Positions 34,733-40,980 of a stretch of DNA of 40,980 nucleotides are shown in pieces (within the stretch, counting starts at the first letter, position 1; each line of letters starts with the position of its first letter). The stretch is from contig NC_068984.1 of the NCBI RefSeq assembly GCF_001194135.2, positions 98,170,727 through 98,211,706 on the forward strand, given 5' to 3'. The notes under the pieces are model-generated. The model did no database searches. It saw nothing but the letters and a program-made list of their open reading frames with translations, and was not told the DNA's origin. A program made the position numbers and the translations under genes. Source of the DNA: Octopus bimaculoides (Eukaryota).

Positions 34733-34939
34733 CGAAAATGCAGAAAATTACAGTAGAAAAGACATATTATAAACGTGGCAACATTTCAAATCCAAGTGGG
34801 AGAGAGAATACATAAAAATCCAAGTGTGAGGAAGAATATATATATATATATATATTTCACTTTGAATTCAGATTTGTTTACATCTGTTTACCAGCTACTT
34901 TCTCATTCTCATTCATTTGTGACTTTATTTTTTGCCCCC

Positions 34940-35110
34940 ATGGCCACTTAGAAAAGTGCTAAGCATCATGTTATAATGCTGGAAGACAAACTGGCTATGA
35001 TAAAACGCCATGTAAAAGGTGAAAAAGTCCTAGCAATTGCACGATCTTTTAGGTTGAGTCAGACAACTGTATCAACAATTGTTCATAGTAAGGACAAGAT
35101 TTTAACACAA
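34940..35110 (+). pseudogene. Tigger/pogo (CENP-B-like) transposase N-terminal HTH remnant
   Basis: MAT*KSAKHHVIMLEDKLAMIKRHVKGEKVLAIARSFRLSQTTVSTIVHSKDKI matches the pogo/Tigger psq-type HTH pattern ITLE.KL..IKR.E.G....IAR...L..STVSTI.K.KDKI. Confidence 0.78.
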
Positions 35111-36499
35111 ATAGTTTTTATTAACCATGTATTATTGAATATGCATTCAGAAATGAAGTACAGAACTGAGAATGATTATTATCAGTTTAGCCTAGAGACA
35201 AGTAAATTTAGTCTAGCCTATTTGATAGCCATCTAGTCATCTAATATTTAGTGCAAAACTAATGGGTAAGATTGGCTGTAATGGATCTATAAGACTGTAT
35301 ACTTTGATTTATGTATCTGTCTATCTGTGTGTGTACACATATAGGCTTGTGTGTGCCTGTGAGAGAGATAGGATGTCACATTGGCTATCATTAGAGTATT
35401 GGCTTGCTTTAAAATCTCTATTTCAGCTTATTGCATTCTAATAGCAGTGTTTGTGATAACCTCAGAGCCAAGCAGGATCACCCTTGCCTTTTCCTTGGAC
35501 ATCACTAGTGCCATAGAGTGAGGAGCTTACATGCATGACCAACTTTTAGTCATTTACAAAAGAAATCCTGTCCAACCTATATGCTTTGGAGAGGAAGTTT
35601 CTCGGTGCAGAGATGCAGAAACCTATGGTCAGCCACATTTACATGTGATATGTTGAGAAATATTTACTTCTGTGAGTTTCTCACAAGAAGCAATTTTTAT
35701 TTGACAACTGATTGTAGTAAGAAACTCTGAGTAGCGAGTATGTAACTTTGAATTTCTCAACTTTAAACATATTCTGTCATCTTAGAATTGAGCACTTGCA
35801 TTTTGTTTATACAATGTGCAGTTTCTAGGATTATTACTTGAGTAACTTCACCCAAAAAATTAACATAGAGAGTACAAGTTTACACAAATATCTTACAAAT
35901 CTTATAAGACTCACATGTTGGAAGTATAAGAAAATATAGATGATAAATTATTGTACAAAATTAGATTCTGTTTAATTAAAATAATTTGTCTTGTAAAAGA
36001 TTTGGGAAGGAGGTGTTGAACCACTTGTATATATCATAATTGCAAAATATCTTACGTATATATTCTGTCCATTTAAAAAGGAAGGACATGTTAGTAACAT
36101 TGTCCAGATACACTGTGTCTGAATATAATCTAGAAAGGTCACAATTAAAATGTCTTTGATCATCAGTGTGCTTTATCAAGTTTAACCTGGGGTTGTATGA
36201 CATATATTCACCCCTTTCTTCTCTCATATGATATACATGAACCAAAGAAGAGCGTATATGTTACCTCCTAGCTTTTTAGATATAGCAACCAAATCTTGCT
36301 GAAAATGTGTACTGCATTTGTTAAAAAAAAGACTCCAAAGGATAGTATTTCTTACACAGAAAAAGAAGGGCTGTTACAACTGCAATCACTTTGGCTCCAG
36401 ATTTGCACAGTCAAAGCTAACCTGAGACTAAACAACAGTAACAGCATACACTAGCAAGTATATGTGTCTGTTCTGCTTGACTTTCACTTCTCCTTTCTT

Positions 36500-36800
36500 A
36501 GGTCGTTGCCAGTGCCGCTGGACTGGCTCCTGTGCAGGTGGCATGTAAAAAAATACCTTTTTGATCGTGGCCGTTGCCAGTACCGTGTGACTGGCCCTCG
36601 TGCCGATGGCATGTAAAAGTACCCCCTACACTCTCGGAGCAGTTGGTGTTAGGAAGGGCATCCAGCTGTAGAAACTCTGCCAGATCAGATTGGAGCCTGG
36701 TGCAGCCATCTGGCTTGCCAGCCCTCAGTGAAATCGTCCAACCCATGCCAGCATGGAAAGCGGATGTTAAACAATGACGATGATGATGATGATGATGATA
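36500..36800 (+). mobile_element. 5'-truncated RTE LINE copy (3' UTR only)
   Basis: Colinear with 40482-40765 (last two tandem units, aggaagggcatccagctgtagaa, and the (GAT)n tail). Confidence 0.88.
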
Positions 36801-39686
36801 TGACCTGTTTTTCTTTATCCAAACTAACATTAAATATGGAAAGTTGAGATATTTTTAGCGTAAAGATTATTGGCTGAATTTGTTTTGTAGTAGAATTCTA
36901 TGAATATAGAGATGATGTTTCCTTGCAATGATTGTATAACTTGGAAACAATGAGGATTTAACTTAAAACAGTTGACTGCTTTATAAACACCTGCTCTGTC
37001 TCTATCTTTCTGCATGAATGTATGTATATTTTCTCTTTCTGACTGACTGGAGTTGTTCCTAAGTAGGTTTTGACTGGCCACCTGCTCCATGACAAAGATA
37101 TAAAGAAAACTGACAAAAGGAATGGGAAACTTTTACCTTTTGTTTTCATTGTTTATGTGACCATTTATCCTTTAAATTTTTAGATTTTTTATTGGCCCAT
37201 ATATCACTGTCATATGTAATGTATGAATAATGAAACTAAGTTCTTTTTCCAAGAATCCAAATTCAGCTGAATTTTAAATCCAGGGATTTCAGTACATCTG
37301 TTGCAGGTTGGTATATCAGGTATGAAACTGAAAATATATTTGCCTGCTCTTAATCAGTGATTCAAAGAAGTCTTTCTCCTATAGTCTTCTTATAACATTG
37401 ATATTTAGTAGGCAGTTTACTTGTACATCAGATCATGTTTTATTTTGTGGTCCCAAACAACAATATTAGTTACTGTTTTTATTCTTAATTTCCACTAATA
37501 TTCTTTTGATCTATTTGTCTCAATATGGTCATCTTTGCTTGCTGTTTTTTTTTTTTTTCTGTCTAACTCTATACCAAATTGCTCTAGCTACCATAACATG
37601 CCTTGTGGGAAGGTACTGTTTAGAGAATGTTCTCTCACAGTTATGATGTAGTTAATGTCTTCAGCTAGAGTTTTGCATGGTTTACAGCTGTTATCAGTTG
37701 ATATATTGTCTTTTGTGTAGAATGTGCTTGCTCCAGAATTGTATGGAGGTAAACTTCAAACTGAAGTGTTACAAAATTGCTGGTACTCGATGGTTTGTGT
37801 TTGTCGTTTTGTAACTTTTTCTGTAAACTGGTCTAATTCTTAATTTTGTTCTAGTATTGAGTAGATTACTTCCAATATTCCTTGGAAGGAAATCAGTATC
37901 AGCTTTTATGTCATGTTTCTTCTCAAGTTTATTAGTGTTTTAATTTTTATATTTGCAAACTTGAGCAAGATAACTGCTGAAATCTTTTCTCTGCTAGAAA
38001 CTTGACTTCTGTGTTAAAATTTGGATTTCATATGATGTACTTACAGATACAAGGCTACAATTGTCCTCTTTGCATGGGAAATATAATCTGTCTATACCTG
38101 CATTGATGGTAAAATTTCCAGAAACATTGAGTGGTTTCTTAGCTCTTACAGCCTTTTCTCTAGGTTCTTGCTTTGATCAATTCTGAAAGCTTAATGTGGG
38201 TTTTTAAGCTAGTCACTCCAAAATTTACTCTCTTGAGGCAGTCATGTCTTTCCCTCTCCTTAATATGCCCATCATACCTGACCTTTACATCTTTTCCAAG
38301 ATACTTGCACTTCCTACCTGAATAAATGTTTTGTTTTCCAAGCCTGTCTTTTTTCTTGTTTGTTTTACTATTCCATAGCATTTTTTTTTTCTTACACCAA
38401 AAATGCACATTTGGACTCATCAATTTTCAATATTTGTGGAATATTGAGTTATGTAAATCTAATTGCTGTTTGCTGTGGTTGATACTATTTTAGAATTTTC
38501 AAAAACCCTTTCGGTTTTTTTTTTCTGAGATCAAAAAAGGATGTCATACCTCCACATTATTAAACCATGCCACAGCCAAACCTTCTTAAGTTACACTGCT
38601 CTTCTAGCCTGCTCATATGCTTACATAATATCACATGCTAGCGTATAAGTTTGTAGTACTCATAAAACAATGAGAGACTATCCAAATATATTATGTAAAC
38701 CAATCTGTCGTTTTTGATCCACGGTCATGCAACATGAACATTGCATTCCACAGAAAGGTATATTATTACATGTAATCTAGATTATTGTTCTGAGCATTGT
38801 GCATGCTTGATTGGACAATGTTCAGACTGGTGGCTGCATTATGTTACCCATTGTCACTCATCTTGTTGTTCCTAGTACTGTTGTGTGTGCAGTAAATTCT
38901 TCCATTCAGTAAATTTCTCACATTCAGTCTCTTTATTAAGCAACCTTTCATAGTGGTGTCTCCAAACCTCTCTCTTTGCAGCCTCATTTAGTGCAAGTGA
39001 ACCATCGTCCATGTGGACACATTTCTCTCCTGTGACATGTACTTATAGATATATTTATATATATATNNNNNNNNNNNNNNNNNNNNNNNNNNNNNNNNNN
39101 NNNNNNNNNNNNNNNNNNNNNNNNNNNNNNNNNNNNNNNNNNNNNNNNNNNNNNNNNNNNNNNNNNNNNNNNNNNNNNNNNNNNNNNNNNNNNNNNNNNN
39201 NNNNNNNNNNNNNNNNNNNNNNNNNNNNNNNNNNNNNNNNNNNNNNNNNNNNNNNNNNNNNNNNNNNNNNNNNNNNNNNNNNNNNNNNNNNNNNNNNNNN
39301 NNNNNNNNNNNNNNNNNNNNNNNNNNNNNNNNNNNNNNNNNNNNNNNNNNNNNNNNNNNNNNNNNNNNNNNNNNNNNNNNNNNNNNNNNNNNNNNNNNNN
39401 NNNNNNNNNNNNNNNNNNNNNNNNNNNNNNNNNNNNNNNNNNNNNNNNNNNNNNNNNNNNNNNNNNNNNNNNNNNNNNNNNNNNNNNNNNNNNNNNNNNN
39501 NNNNNNNNNNNNNNNNNNNNNNNNNNNNNNNNNNNNNNNNNNNNNNNNNNNNNNNNNNNNNNNNNNNNNNNNNNNNNNNNNNNNNNNNNNNNNNNNNNNN
39601 NNNNNNNNNNNNNNNNNNNNNNNNNNNNNNNNNNNNNNNNNNNNNNNNNNNNNNNNNNNNNNNNNNNNNNNNNNNNNNNNNNNNNT

Positions 39687-40765
39687 GGGCCATGACTGCT
39701 GAGGACATGCGTAAGTTTGCAAGAAATGAAGCCAGTATGCTCCGCTGGATGTGTAATGTCAGTGTGCATACTCAACAGAGTGTAAGTACCTTGAGAGAAA
39801 AGTTAGACCTAAGAAGGATCGGTTGTGGTGTGCAAGAGAGACGATTGCGCTGGTATGGACATGTGGCAAGAATGGATGAGGATAGCTGTGTGAAAAAGTG
39901 CCACACCCTAGCAGTTGAGGGAACCTGTGGAAGAGGTAGGCCCAGGAAGACCTGGGATGAGGTGGTGAAGCACGACCTTCGAACTTTAGGCCTCATCGAG
40001 GCAATGACCAGTGACCGGGACCTCTGGAAATATGCAGTACATGAGAAGACCTGGCAACCAAGTGAGAGCATAATCTGTGGACTCTGCCAGAAGTGTAACC
40101 AGCTCACCAATCCGTATCTTTTCTTCATTGGACACTAAAAACCCTGCTTGCGAAGACCTGTTGAGGCAAGTGAATTTGGTACCTGAAATTGAAATCGAAC
40201 CGAATCCGACGACTGGCACCCATGCCAACCTCTCCTTCATTGGACACTAAACTCTGCTTGCAAAAACTTGTTGGGGCAAGTGAAATCGTAATTGAACCAT
40301 ACTCGATGACTAGTCACCGCGCCAGTGGAGCACTAACAGCACTGTCAAGCGTATTCATTGCCAGAGCAGCTGTCTGGCTTCCGTGCTAGTGGCCTGTAAA
40401 TAGCACCATTTGACCGTAATCGTTACCAGCATCGCCTACTAGCACTTGTGCTGGTGGCACGTTAGAAGATCATTCAAGCGAGGTCATTGCCAGTGCCGTT
40501 GGACTGGCTCCCGTGCAGGTGGCACGTAAAAAAACACCTTTTTGATCGTGGCCATTGCCAGTACCGTGTGATTGGCCCTCGTGCCGGTGGCACGTAAAAG
40601 CACCCACTACACTCTCAGAGTGGTTGGCGTTAGGAAGGGCATCCAGCTGTAGAATCTCTGCCAGATCAGATTAGAGCCTGGTGCAGCCTTCTGGCTTGCC
40701 AGCCCTCAGTGAAATCGTCCAACCCATGGTAGCATGGAAAGCAGACGTTAAACGATGATGATGAT
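39687..40765 (+). mobile_element. RTE-clade LINE 3' end: ORF C-terminus, ~700-bp repeat-containing 3' UTR and (GAT)n tail
   Basis: WAMTAEDMRKFARNEASMLRWMC..RRLRWYGHVARMDEDSCVKK..GRGRPRKTWDEVVKHDL..DRDLW has the RTE C-terminal motifs RLRW.GHV.RM, GRPRKTW and DR..W. It begins at a gap edge. Confidence 0.93.
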
Positions 40766-40769
40766 ATGT

Positions 40770-40980
40770 ATATATATGTATTTAAATAATATGTATTTAT
40801 ATATATATATATATATATATATGTACTTATATCTATATATATATATATATATGTATGTATTTATTTATTTATTTATATATATATATATATGTATGTATTT
40901 ATTTATATATATATATATATGTATGTATTTATTTATATATATATATATATGTATGTATTTATTTATATATATATATATAT
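40770..40980. repeat. AT-rich compound microsatellite with a 30-bp higher-order unit
   Basis: GTATGTATTTATTTATATATATATATATAT is repeated three times exactly at 40891-40980. Confidence 0.9.

Noticed and set aside
40356-40615. 64-68-bp periodic units as a CRISPR-like array
   Set aside because: The context is eukaryotic, whole units are similar with no unique spacers, and they lie inside a LINE 3' UTR.

Overview
AT-rich, microsatellite-dense metazoan DNA with nine N gaps (4607-4698, 14380-14457, 20000-20271, 20763-20772, 25786-26726, 31266-32038, 33734-34080, 34477-34572, 39067-39686). The SINE families and repeat landscape resemble octopus (cephalopod) DNA as I recall it; this is inference, not a database result. 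I recognise no host protein-coding exon, so the window looks like intergenic or large-intron DNA filled with decayed transposable elements. These include RTE, CR1-like and HERO-like (REL) LINE fragments, several tRNA-derived SINE families, a mariner (DD34D), two maT (DD37D) elements, pogo/Tigger remnants, piggyBac-type MITEs, a non-autonomous Helitron, a ~550-bp foldback element and a cluster of Gypsy LTR elements at 24.4-31.2 kb. Two RNA-level signals stand out. The first is a minus-strand type I hammerhead ribozyme with a complete catalytic core and a self-complementary helix III (34644-34732, Penelope/retrozyme-like). The second is a predicted -1 ribosomal frameshift signal (G_GAA_AAC, 8-nt spacer, H-type pseudoknot) at the Gypsy gag/protease junction (28919-28980). 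All alignments, structures and family assignments were made by eye; no searches or folding programs were run.
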